From: Chitinophagaceae bacterium
GTDB taxonomy: Bacteria > Bacteroidota > Bacteroidia > Chitinophagales > UBA10324
Assembly: GCA_947469485.1 (NCBI GenBank)
Contig: CANIPU010000008.1
Location: 11,463-75,462 of the forward strand
Reading direction: 5' to 3'
Length of the DNA stretch: 64,000 nt
The translations under genes were made by a program, and so were the position numbers. Every line of letters begins with the position of its first letter. The first letter of the stretch is position 1. The notes under the pieces are model-generated. The model was not told the origin of the DNA and did no database searches. It worked only from the letters and a program-made list of their open reading frames with translations. Positions 36,439 through 45,888 of the stretch are shown here, piece after piece.

Positions 36439-39400
36439 ATGCTTAACCTTAAAAAATCAATAGCAACTATGAAAAAAACTTACAAATTAATTTCGTTTAT
36501 TGTTTTAGCAATTGCTTTAATTTTAAATAATGCGGCAGCTCAATCTCCTGTAATATATAATACAGCAGGAACTTATACTTGGGTTTGCCCGGTTGGAATA
36601 ACTAAAGTAGATGTGAAATGTTGGGGTGCTGGTGGTGGTGGTGGACAAAGAACCAATACCAGCACTGGAGCATCTGGAGGAGCTGGAGGCGGCGCTTATG
36701 CGAGCAATAATTTAGTGAGCGTAACAGCCGGAACAACTTATACAATAACAGTTGGAGGAGGTGGGAGTGGTGCAACTGGTGCTGATGGAGGTAATACTTC
36801 GTTCGGTGCTTTAGTTAAAGCTGAAGGAGGGAAAGGAGGTGGTGTAAATAATTCTACTGGCGGATTTGGAGGTTCAATTCTTTATTCTATTGGCGCAATA
36901 ATTTATGCCGGTGGAAATGGAGCAAACGGATCAGGAACAAACGGAGGCGGAGGCGGAGGTGGTGCTGATAACGCATCAAATCTATTGATAAATGGCTCAG
37001 CACCTACGGGAGGAATAGGCACTTTACCTAATGGCGGGAATGGGGGTGACGGTAGAACCGGGGGTACCCAAGGTCCAGGATTGCAGGGTTTAATTTATGG
37101 CGGAGGCGGAGGTGGTGCTTATAGAACCGGAGGAGGAGCAAAAGCAGGAGGTGCCGGTGCCGGTGGATATTTTATTTTAAATTACCTCACAGTTACAAGT
37201 AGTTCACCAACATGCGCTGGAGTAGGTTACCCTGTTGTTATAACCGGAACAAATTTTACTGCTCCTGTTACTGTAAAGTTTGGAGCAGTAACTGCTACAA
37301 CTGTTACAGTTAACAGCTCAACACAAATTACAGCTATTGTTCCTTTTGGTGCAACAAATAACATAACAGTTATAACTCCAACCGGATCTGTAACAAGGGC
37401 ATTTACAGTTAGCCCAATTGCGGCTACAATTACTCCAAATTATTGTGGGCTGGGTGGCACAGTAGGTTTACAAGCTGCAGGTAGTGGAGTTGGCGGGTCA
37501 TTTACTTATTTGTGGTCAAACGGTGTAACACCGTCTCTTATAAGCACACAACAGGCAGGGGCCTATTCTGTAACAGTTACAAATGGGGTTTGTAAAGCCA
37601 AGACATCAATTAATGTTGCAACTGAATTGGCAACTAATGGAGATTTTGAAGCAGGAAACACTGGTTTTACTACTGATTATAATTCTAGTATTTCACCATT
37701 TGTGTGTTGCCCTGCTGATTATTCCACTGGTTTAGGGTCAGAGGGAAAATATGCCGTTGGTCCCAACCCTAATTTTTATCACGATTATTTTTTTGGAGCG
37801 GATCATACAAATGGAAGTGGAAACATGATGATTGTAAACGGAAGCAATTCAATTATTGTGGTTTGGAAAAATCTGAGTGTAGCAGTACAACCCAATACAA
37901 CTTATTATTTCTCCGCATGGGCTATGAGTGTAAATGATGCTGGCCCTTTTGCAACTTTACAATTTTCTGTTAATGGATTACAAGTGGGTACTGTTGCCCA
38001 ATTAACTGCTGGACCCAATATGGTAATGGGATCATATGCGCCATATTGGAAAAGATTTTATGGATCATGGAATTCTGGTCCTGCAACCACTGCAGATATT
38101 CGCATTCTTGATTTACAAACCGCACCAGGTGGAAACGACTTTGCTTTGGATGATGTATCATTCGGAACACTTGCTCCAATATCCTTAGCGGCAGTTCCAG
38201 ATGCAAATGGAAACTCAGGTATTTGTATTGGAAATCCTTTATATCTAACTGCTAATGCTGTTGGCGGGGCAAGTCCATTTACATTTGCCTGGTCTGGACC
38301 AGGTTTTAGCTCTGCCCTTCAAAATCCAACTGTAAGTGCTTCTGCAGCTGCAATAAATAATGGAACCTACAATTTAACAGTTACTGATGCGCATGGTTGT
38401 ACAACAACCGTAAATACGGTAATTACAGTTAATCCTTTGCCGACAGCTTTAGCATTAACAGCACCAGCTTCGGTATGTAACGGAACTTCAACAAATGTTA
38501 CAATCAACGGCTCACAAACCGGTATGAGTTATCAATTAAGAAATAATATCGGGAATATTGATATTGGAATTCCGGTTCAGGGAACAGGGGGCACTATTCT
38601 TTTACCAACGGGTAATTTAACAGTAGCTACAACTTTTAATGTTCTTGCAACATCAAATTTAACTGAATGTTCGAGCCAAATGACCAATACAGTAACAGTT
38701 TCAATTGCAACAACTCCTTTTCTAATTGTTTCAAATCAAACTATTTGTACAGGAGTAGTTGACTTAACATTAGCTGCTGTTACTGCAGGAAGTACAGGAG
38801 GAGGTACATTGACTTATTGGTACGATGCTGCTGCCTCAGCGTCTCAAATACCAACTCCAACAGCACAAGCAATAAACACCAGTGGTACCTATTATATTAA
38901 AAGCACAGTGGCCTCTTGTTTTGATATTGAACCAGTAGTTGTAAATATTGGCGCAGTTCCTGGGATAGCAAGCTTTAGTTATTCAGGCTCACCATTTTGT
39001 AGTAAAGGAAATGACCCAATGCCTGTGTTAGCTGGGGGAGCTTTTGCAGATGTTTTTTCTGCACCTGCGGGGTTTGTTTGGGTGAGTACAAGTACAGGGC
39101 AAATAGATGTATCGGCTTGTGCTGCCGGAACATATAATGTAACACTTACCATGACGCCAGGATTACCTTGTGCGGTTGTTACAAAAACAACATCTGTAAC
39201 TATTACTTCATCACCTGTTGCGAGTTTCAGTTATTTAACAAATGGTTTATGCCAGCAGGTTAATGGAACTAATCCCGCTCCAATTTTTTCAGGAGGAGCA
39301 ACTGCCGGAACTTTTTCATCATCAGCAGGAATGAATATTAATCCAACAAATGGTATTATTGACATTTTAAATTGCACACCTGGGAATTATGCAATTATTA

Positions 39401-41964
39401 ATTCCTTTGCTGCAAACGGTGGATGTCCGGTAGTTGCTGATACAGAATATGTAGATGTTTATCCTTATACTTTTACGGGGTCATTATCAGCATCAGCATC
39501 AACTAATTCTATTTGCTTAGGCCAGCAAACAATTAATTTATTTTCATCAGCTACTCCATATCTTTCTGCATTGTTCAAAGAAAATTTCAATGGAGGCTCA
39601 ATAGGGTGGGTAACCGGTGGAACTGGTAGTAATGCAAATTCTGCATGGCAACTTAGAACAAGTCCTTATGCTAATCCTAATGGTGGTGCCAATTTTAATT
39701 CGCAGGACAATAAATTTTTTCTTTCAAATAGCGAGGGTGCAGGTAATTGCAATAGAACATTGCGCTCTCCTGTAATGAGCTCCGTAGGATATTCAAATTT
39801 ACAACTTGATTTTTTTCAATATTTCCGTTTTGCCAATTCAGGTGATGCCGCTTTTGTAGAAGTATCAACAAGCGCGACGGGTCCCTGGACTATAGTTCAA
39901 ACTTATAATAGTGCAACAATTGGAGCTATAAATAATTTTACTAATTCTATAGTGAATTTAAATTTTTATACCGGACAACCCTCACTTTATATTCAATTCA
40001 GATATAGTGCCTCAGCTGATTTCTATTGGGCAATTGATAAAATTTCTGTAACCGGCACATCACAGATTTATAATATGAGTTGGACATCGGCACCTGTCGG
40101 GTTTACTTCGCTTCTTGATAACCCTACTTTTGTTGCACCAACAGTAAGTACATTTTATGTAGTAACTGCTACCAATACATATGGTTGTTCAACGCCAAAT
40201 TCACCTGTACCAGTTCAGGTTAATCCGTTGCCAACTCCAAATGCCGGGTTAGATAATATAACATGTAATGGAAATGGTGTAAATATTGGTTCAGCCAGTA
40301 CTGCCGGAAGTACTTATAGCTGGAGTCCTACTACAGGTTTAAGCAGTGCAGCAATTTCAAATCCAGTTGCTTCTCCATTAATAGCTACTACCTATACTGT
40401 TACTGAAACAACTCTTTATGGATGTTCTGTTTCTGATAATGTTATTATTAATATCCATCCGAGCGGACTTTGGCTCGGGACTTCAAGTTCAGCTTGGAAT
40501 ACTGCAGCAAATTGGTGTGGGGGAATTCCAACTTCAACAACTGATGTAACCATACCTGTTGGTGCTCCGAATTGGCCTGATATAACAGTTAATAATGCAA
40601 CTTGCAATGACCTTTATATTCAAACCGGCGCAACGCTGAAAATCTCCACTGGAGGTGATTTAAAATTATATGGAGATTTAACAATTGATGGTACTTATAC
40701 GCATACTGGGGGGGTACTTGAATTTGTTGGCAGTGCAGCTCAAGCAATTTTTACAAATACTCCGAGTACCTATTATAGTTTACTAATTAATAATAATGCC
40801 GGGGTGACGATTGATCATAATATTCTGATTACATCATTACTAACATTAACAAATGGAAAACTTACTACAGACGCAAATGAAGTGCAGGTTACATCTAATG
40901 CTGCCGGATCAGTGTCAGGTTATTCTACCGCTTCTTATGTGTTTGGTAATCTCCGTCGTAATGTAGCTGCCCCAGGAATTTATGATTTCCCGGTTGGAGA
41001 TGCAACAAATTATCAGTTGGCAACAGTTAACTTAAATAGCCAAACAGGCATGAGTAACATTTTAGTATTCTTTAATTCAGTTGTAACCGGAGCCGCTCCT
41101 GCTTATCCAACTACTGAAATTAACGGAGACGGTATTAATGGAGTACTAAACAGTGGTTTTTGGACCATAACTCCAAATGCATATACAGCAGTAAGTTATG
41201 ATGTAACATTAACTCAAAGAGGTTTCAGTAATTATTCAGGTAATGCAAACCAAATGGGAGTAATTAAGCGACCAAATTCAAGTGCTATATGGTCAGGAAC
41301 CACTTTAGTAAATAGTAATGGGCATCATGACAACGCTACACAATCAATAGGAGGAGGAATAGCAGTGGCTAAACGGACTTTAGTTACATCTTTTTCTGAT
41401 TTCGCCATTGGTTTTGGTGCATATCCATTACCTGTTGAGTTAACAAGCTTTACAGCAACAGTAGTTGATAATAAACAGGTTGATTTATTCTGGAATACAC
41501 AGGCAGAATTGAATTGCAAATATTTTTCAGTGCAGCGCAGCGCAGATGGAATTAATTTTTCAGAATTAGGAAAAGTGAATGGAAATGGAACAAGTCAGAT
41601 CGGACATGATTATACCTTCGTTGACCAGTCACCTTTATGCTCAATTGCCTATTATCGTTTAATGCAGGTAGATGAGAATGGCGAAACTCATTACACCCCA
41701 ATTGCTGCAGCTACAATTAATTGCTTTAACAGTTTCTCGGTTTATCCGAATCCAACTCTTGGAAATGTTATGATTGATTTAAGCTCAATAAATGCCGACA
41801 ATTCAATTGTAAAGATTTTAGGATTAGATGGCAAGATTTACATGACATTCAATTCTTCATCTGTGCTGTTAAACATTGATGCATCAAAACTTCCTGCAGG
41901 ATTTTATTTCGTTAATATCAGTAACGGTAATCAAACCTTGAACAGTAGTTTTATAAGAGAATAA
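36439..41964 (+). CDS. giant secreted protein with glycine-rich tail-fibre-like N-domain, IPT/TIG, CBM-like and MAM-like modules and T9SS type A sorting domain, 1841 aa
   Basis: Probable start is ATG 36469 (MKKTYKLISFIVLAIA). Gly-rich domain YTWVCPVGITKVDVKCWGAGGGGG...; IPT-like PVVITGTNFTAPVTVKFG. CBM4/9-like ELATNGDFEAGNTGF...NDFALDDVSFG. MAM/lectin-like FKENFNGGSIGW...YWAIDKISV. Shared C-terminal module. Ends in VYPNPTLGNVMI...GFYFVNI...SFIRE. Confidence 0.85.
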   Translation: MLNLKKSIATMKKTYKLISFIVLAIALILNNAAAQSPVIYNTAGTYTWVCPVGITKVDVKCWGAGGGGGQRTNTSTGASGGAGGGAYASNNLVSVTAGTTYTITVGGGGSGATGADGGNTSFGALVKAEGGKGGGVNNSTGGFGGSILYSIGAIIYAGGNGANGSGTNGGGGGGGADNASNLLINGSAPTGGIGTLPNGGNGGDGRTGGTQGPGLQGLIYGGGGGGAYRTGGGAKAGGAGAGGYFILNYLTVTSSSPTCAGVGYPVVITGTNFTAPVTVKFGAVTATTVTVNSSTQITAIVPFGATNNITVITPTGSVTRAFTVSPIAATITPNYCGLGGTVGLQAAGSGVGGSFTYLWSNGVTPSLISTQQAGAYSVTVTNGVCKAKTSINVATELATNGDFEAGNTGFTTDYNSSISPFVCCPADYSTGLGSEGKYAVGPNPNFYHDYFFGADHTNGSGNMMIVNGSNSIIVVWKNLSVAVQPNTTYYFSAWAMSVNDAGPFATLQFSVNGLQVGTVAQLTAGPNMVMGSYAPYWKRFYGSWNSGPATTADIRILDLQTAPGGNDFALDDVSFGTLAPISLAAVPDANGNSGICIGNPLYLTANAVGGASPFTFAWSGPGFSSALQNPTVSASAAAINNGTYNLTVTDAHGCTTTVNTVITVNPLPTALALTAPASVCNGTSTNVTINGSQTGMSYQLRNNIGNIDIGIPVQGTGGTILLPTGNLTVATTFNVLATSNLTECSSQMTNTVTVSIATTPFLIVSNQTICTGVVDLTLAAVTAGSTGGGTLTYWYDAAASASQIPTPTAQAINTSGTYYIKSTVASCFDIEPVVVNIGAVPGIASFSYSGSPFCSKGNDPMPVLAGGAFADVFSAPAGFVWVSTSTGQIDVSACAAGTYNVTLTMTPGLPCAVVTKTTSVTITSSPVASFSYLTNGLCQQVNGTNPAPIFSGGATAGTFSSSAGMNINPTNGIIDILNCTPGNYAIINSFAANGGCPVVADTEYVDVYPYTFTGSLSASASTNSICLGQQTINLFSSATPYLSALFKENFNGGSIGWVTGGTGSNANSAWQLRTSPYANPNGGANFNSQDNKFFLSNSEGAGNCNRTLRSPVMSSVGYSNLQLDFFQYFRFANSGDAAFVEVSTSATGPWTIVQTYNSATIGAINNFTNSIVNLNFYTGQPSLYIQFRYSASADFYWAIDKISVTGTSQIYNMSWTSAPVGFTSLLDNPTFVAPTVSTFYVVTATNTYGCSTPNSPVPVQVNPLPTPNAGLDNITCNGNGVNIGSASTAGSTYSWSPTTGLSSAAISNPVASPLIATTYTVTETTLYGCSVSDNVIINIHPSGLWLGTSSSAWNTAANWCGGIPTSTTDVTIPVGAPNWPDITVNNATCNDLYIQTGATLKISTGGDLKLYGDLTIDGTYTHTGGVLEFVGSAAQAIFTNTPSTYYSLLINNNAGVTIDHNILITSLLTLTNGKLTTDANEVQVTSNAAGSVSGYSTASYVFGNLRRNVAAPGIYDFPVGDATNYQLATVNLNSQTGMSNILVFFNSVVTGAAPAYPTTEINGDGINGVLNSGFWTITPNAYTAVSYDVTLTQRGFSNYSGNANQMGVIKRPNSSAIWSGTTLVNSNGHHDNATQSIGGGIAVAKRTLVTSFSDFAIGFGAYPLPVELTSFTATVVDNKQVDLFWNTQAELNCKYFSVQRSADGINFSELGKVNGNGTSQIGHDYTFVDQSPLCSIAYYRLMQVDENGETHYTPIAAATINCFNSFSVYPNPTLGNVMIDLSSINADNSIVKILGLDGKIYMTFNSSSVLLNIDASKLPAGFYFVNISNGNQTLNSSFIRE
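40735..41690 (+). repeat. copy 2 of the paralogous C-terminal module
   Basis: AAQAIFT...YDFPVGDATNYQLATVNLNSQTGMS...NSNGHHDNATQSI...YYRLMQVD. By eye about 80 percent nucleotide identity to 35040..35950 over the central part. Confidence 0.8.
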
Positions 41965-41986
41965 TTTCTAATTAAATTGATTTAAA

Positions 41987-42023
41987 GGGATTGTTTCGAA
42001 AGAAACAATCCCTTTTCCTTTTT
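41987..42023 (+). terminator. rho-independent terminator
   Basis: Perfect 11-bp stem GGGATTGTTTC / GAAACAATCCC with a GAAA tetraloop, followed by TTTTCCTTTTT. Confidence 0.85.
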
Positions 42024-42117
42024 AGGGCTTAAATAAATTTAGCCAATCAAATTTTATAATTTATTAATAAGGTTTAAGCCATCTTTCATTTACATTTGAC
42101 ATCTTCAAACATTAAAC

Positions 42118-44319
42118 ATGAAAAATCTTTTTTCCATCGCAATTTTATTTTTCTTACATCTTGAAAGCAATGCACAACTTGTTTCAATTGCTACTGCAAA
42201 GCTGGCAGCAACCGGTGCAACTGTTACTGTGCGCGGAATAGTTTCAAATGGCTCCGAGTTTGGTGGTTCATTGCGCTTTATACAAGATGGAACGGGAGGT
42301 GTGGCTCTTTACGGATCCTCGCTTTCTTCATTAGTTCGTGGTGATAGTATTGAAGCAATCGGAACAGTATCTCCTTATAATAATTTAATGGAGTTTGCTG
42401 TTACCAATTTTTCAGTGATAACAACGGGAAATACAATTCATCCTCCTGTGGTTTTAACCATTTCCGGAGGATTTTTAGAACAATATGAAGGTCAATTAGT
42501 ACAAATCAATGCAGTTTCATTTACTGCACCAGGAACATTTGCAGGCAATACAAATTATAATATTTCTGATGGAGCAAATACAGGTCAGGTTAGAGTTAAT
42601 TTAAGCAGTAATATGGTTTCGACTCCAATCCCATCTGGAACAATAGGTTTAGTTGGAATCATGGGCCAATACACTTCAACTTACCAATTGCTTCCCCGCG
42701 ATTTAAATGATATAATTCAGGTTGGAAATCCTCCGGTTTTAACTACTACTTTAAAACAAACCAATATTACTACTTCAGGCTTTTCAGTTGGTTTTACAAC
42801 TCAAAATGCAGGTAATACAATAATTCGATATGGTTTGACCAGTGCACTTGGAAGCGAAGTCAGCGATGCAACTTTAACTACAAATCATTTAATCAACCTT
42901 TCGGGTTTAACACCTGCAACGCTTTATTATGTTAAGGGACTAACGATCAGTTCAAGTGGTGATACTTCTTTTTCTTCAATACAAGTCATGGGAACACAAT
43001 CTCTTTCTTCTCAATCAATAACTTGTTACTTTAATCGATCAACAGATTCATCATTTGCCTTATCCCTGAATAATTACTCTCATTATTTAAATCAAATAGC
43101 CGCCGACACCTTAAAAGCTTATATAAATCGCGCAACATTATCAATTGATGTTGCAATTTATAATATTGATGATTTAAATGGAATTATCACCGCACTTAAT
43201 CAAAAGGCAGCAAGTGGTGTAACTGTAAGAGTTGTTGCTGATAATGGTGTTAGTTCAACCACAATGAATTCATTTATATCATCAATTCAGAAAATACAAA
43301 GCCCTGCTGGTTCAACTTATGGTATAATGCATAATAAGTTTGTTGTTATTGATGCAAATTCTACTAACCCAAATGCGCCGGTTGTATGGACTGGGTCAAT
43401 GAATTTTACAGATGATCAGGTTAATGTTGATGCTCAGAATATTATAATTTTTCAGGATCAAACAATGGCAAAAGGATATACGCTTGAGTTTAATGAAATG
43501 TTAATTGGTCAGAAGTTTGGTCCGGATAAAACTGATAACACACCTCATGAATACTTATTGCAAGGGAACCGCGTAGAACAATATTTCAGTCCTTCTGATG
43601 TTGTAAACTCACATGTAAAAGATGCCTTATTAACTGCAAATACTTCCGTACATTTTATTGTTTTCAGTTTTACCCGTACAGAGTTGGCTTATCCGATCGC
43701 AGATAATTATCAATCACATCCTGATTATTTTGCACAAGGCATAATAGACGATACTGCTCAGTCAACTGCCGTTTACAGTGCATTAGTTGCACCGATGACT
43801 ACTTCAAATCTTAAGCTAAATCAATTCTCGTGGTTAATGCATCACAAATATGCAATTGTTGATGCTGATGATCAGTTTTCAGATCCACAAGTAATAACAG
43901 GATCATTTAACTTTACCAATAGCGCTTCCACCCGAAATGATGAGAATGAAGTTATTGTTCATAGTCTTGAAATTTCAAATCAATATATTCAGGAGTTTGC
44001 TCAGCGATTTAAAGATCAGGGCGGTGTTGTAATGGTTGGATTAAATGATATTGAAAGCAAATCGCATTTTGAATTGACCGCATATCCAAATCCTGCAACA
44101 GATAATTTAACTGTAAATTTCTTTTCAGAAAATCATGTAGCAACCAATTTTGAATTAATTAATTTAGAAGGAAAAGTTGTGCGCCATTTTAATAATGGAA
44201 GCAGTATCGGAAATCAATCAATTGTAATTAATACCACAGATCTTGCTCCTGGAATTTATTTTATAAAAGTTAAGAGTGGCAGCTATAATAAAACTCAAAA
44301 AATTTCGATTATTCGTTGA
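42118..44319 (+). CDS. secreted phospholipase-D-superfamily enzyme (two HKD motifs; probable extracellular nuclease or phosphodiesterase) with T9SS type A sorting domain, 733 aa
   Basis: Signal peptide. OB-like N-domain (ATVTVRGIVSNGSEFGG..RFIQDGTGGVALYG), as seen at the N-termini of extracellular nucleases. An Fn3-like module. HKD motifs MHNKFVVID...GSMNFT (near 43330) and MHHKYAIVD...GSFNFT (near 43840). Ends in YPNPATDNLTV...GIYFIKV...ISIIR. Confidence 0.8.
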   Translation: MKNLFSIAILFFLHLESNAQLVSIATAKLAATGATVTVRGIVSNGSEFGGSLRFIQDGTGGVALYGSSLSSLVRGDSIEAIGTVSPYNNLMEFAVTNFSVITTGNTIHPPVVLTISGGFLEQYEGQLVQINAVSFTAPGTFAGNTNYNISDGANTGQVRVNLSSNMVSTPIPSGTIGLVGIMGQYTSTYQLLPRDLNDIIQVGNPPVLTTTLKQTNITTSGFSVGFTTQNAGNTIIRYGLTSALGSEVSDATLTTNHLINLSGLTPATLYYVKGLTISSSGDTSFSSIQVMGTQSLSSQSITCYFNRSTDSSFALSLNNYSHYLNQIAADTLKAYINRATLSIDVAIYNIDDLNGIITALNQKAASGVTVRVVADNGVSSTTMNSFISSIQKIQSPAGSTYGIMHNKFVVIDANSTNPNAPVVWTGSMNFTDDQVNVDAQNIIIFQDQTMAKGYTLEFNEMLIGQKFGPDKTDNTPHEYLLQGNRVEQYFSPSDVVNSHVKDALLTANTSVHFIVFSFTRTELAYPIADNYQSHPDYFAQGIIDDTAQSTAVYSALVAPMTTSNLKLNQFSWLMHHKYAIVDADDQFSDPQVITGSFNFTNSASTRNDENEVIVHSLEISNQYIQEFAQRFKDQGGVVMVGLNDIESKSHFELTAYPNPATDNLTVNFFSENHVATNFELINLEGKVVRHFNNGSSIGNQSIVINTTDLAPGIYFIKVKSGSYNKTQKISIIR

Positions 44320-44344
44320 TTAAGTTTTTTTGCAATTAATTTAA

Positions 44345-44374
44345 AGGACATTCAGAATGAGTGTCCTTTTTTTA
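44345..44374. terminator. hairpin with flanking T run between convergent genes
   Basis: AGGACATTC / GAGTGTCCT stem (one G-U pair) followed by TTTTTTT. Lies between the PLD-like gene (+) and crcB (-). Confidence 0.6.
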
Positions 44375-44403
44375 TTCAATGAAATTCACTGAAAAATGAT
44401 TTT

Positions 44404-44772
44404 TTAAAATTGTTTAGAAATAACTATACCAATTGCTAAGGAAAGAAAACATAATATAAGATTCAATCCAATATTTATTAAACCAATTGATACATTACCT
44501 GATTGAATCAAACTCATGCTTTCAAGAGTAAATGTTGAATAGGTGCTAAATCCTCCGCAAATTCCTGTAGCAAGAAACAAATAAGAATTGTTGTTTATAT
44601 TCTTAAGTGAGAACAATCCAAAAACAAGCCCTAAAATAAAGGTGCTTATAACATTAGAAAACAAAGTTCCAATTGGAAAAGTCGGAATAAAAGAAGAGAA
44701 AAATTTACCTGTGAAAAACCTTAGCAGACTTCCAATACCCCCGCCAATAAAGACATAAAAACCCTCACGCAA
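44404..44772 (-). CDS. crcB: fluoride ion channel CrcB/Fluc
   Basis: 122 aa with 4 TM helices. Contains GGGIGSLLRF and GICGGFSTYSTFTLE motifs. Confidence 0.88.
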   Translation of the reverse strand: MREGFYVFIGGGIGSLLRFFTGKFFSSFIPTFPIGTLFSNVISTFILGLVFGLFSLKNINNNSYLFLATGICGGFSTYSTFTLESMSLIQSGNVSIGLINIGLNLILCFLSLAIGIVISKQF

Positions 44773-45886
44773 TTTTTATATTTTTTTGATTCTCTTCAAG
44801 TCTGTTTTTTTTCTTGTTTCCTAGCTCATATAAAACCTGTATCACAAAAAACAAAACAATAAAATAAAAGAAAAACAAAAGTGTGATTTCAGATTCAAGA
44901 AATTCATACCAATAGATTAAGCCACATACAAAGGTCGAAGAAATTAATGCAATTAAAGAAAGCACCAGCAATACCTGTGAATCGCTTAATCCAAGATAAG
45001 CCAAATGATGTGTGGTGTGGTCTCTGCCACCAACAAATGGAGATTGTTTGCGTATTATTCTGCGATAAAAAACAGTAGTGGTATCAATAATCGGAATACA
45101 AAAAACTAATAATGGAAATAGAAATTGTTTGAATTGGAATACCGGGCCAGGCACATCTCGGAAATTCCATAGAACTAAAATCCCGATGCCTGATAGAAAT
45201 ACACCTAAAAATTGACTGCCCGTATCACCCATATATAATTTTGCCGGATGAAAGTTAAAAACCATAAATCCGCCTAGTGCTCCAATTACACCAATTATTA
45301 TAAAGGAATGAATTGAGAAAAATTTCCCTTGAATAATTAGAATTGATAAACAAGCAGTTAAAATGAGACCGGAAATTATTGCGGTAACTCCATCCATATT
45401 ATCCAGCATATTAATAGAATTCATTATTCCAATAACCCAAAAGATTGTAAACAAAGCATTAAAGGCGAAATAGTCTGAAATATTTATTAATACACCTGAT
45501 ACGATTAGAATTACGGCACACATTAATTGCCCGAGAAATTTTAGTATTGGATTAGTATTATAAGCATCATCTGCCAACCCAATTAAAAAACCAGTAGTTG
45601 ATGAAAGCATCAAGCCAATTAATTGTTTGTTAAAAAAATCGCCTTTATCAAACAATATAAATGTGTAAGCGGTGAATGAAAAAAGGAATACGATGTAAAA
45701 TGAAAATCCGCCAACAGATGGTTTAGTGGTAGATGCCCATCGGATAAGGTTTTGTTGTTCGTTTTGTCTTACTCCCATTGTTTTTGAAAATCGTAAAAAC
45801 AAACCGTTAATTAAAATTGAAAATATTATAGCTAGAATAAAAAAAATGAAATACGCAAAATAAATTTTGGTTTCATTAGTAAGCAT
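44765..45886 (-). CDS. MraY/WecA-family polyprenyl-phosphate N-acetylhexosamine-1-phosphate transferase (initiating glycosyltransferase)
   Basis: 373 aa with about 11 TM helices. Contains GLADDAYN, NSINMLDNMDG and YMGDTGSQFLG motifs. Confidence 0.8.
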   Translation of the reverse strand: MLTNETKIYFAYFIFFILAIIFSILINGLFLRFSKTMGVRQNEQQNLIRWASTTKPSVGGFSFYIVFLFSFTAYTFILFDKGDFFNKQLIGLMLSSTTGFLIGLADDAYNTNPILKFLGQLMCAVILIVSGVLINISDYFAFNALFTIFWVIGIMNSINMLDNMDGVTAIISGLILTACLSILIIQGKFFSIHSFIIIGVIGALGGFMVFNFHPAKLYMGDTGSQFLGVFLSGIGILVLWNFRDVPGPVFQFKQFLFPLLVFCIPIIDTTTVFYRRIIRKQSPFVGGRDHTTHHLAYLGLSDSQVLLVLSLIALISSTFVCGLIYWYEFLESEITLLFFFYFIVLFFVIQVLYELGNKKKNRLEENQKNIKIA

Positions 45887-45888
45887 TG

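Noticed and set aside
31580-41519. Numerous 60-90-aa antisense ORFs inside the giant genes (for example 31580..31858, 32312..32521, 34259..34456, 40416..40607, 41325..41519)
   Set aside because: They lie opposite long, motif-rich ORFs and arise from the biased Thr/Gly/Asn/Ala codon content. None has a start context or motif.
44773-44860. Fluoride riboswitch upstream of crcB
   Set aside because: This region is coding sequence of the WecA-like gene, which overlaps crcB by 8 nt. There is no free leader and no recognisable riboswitch core.
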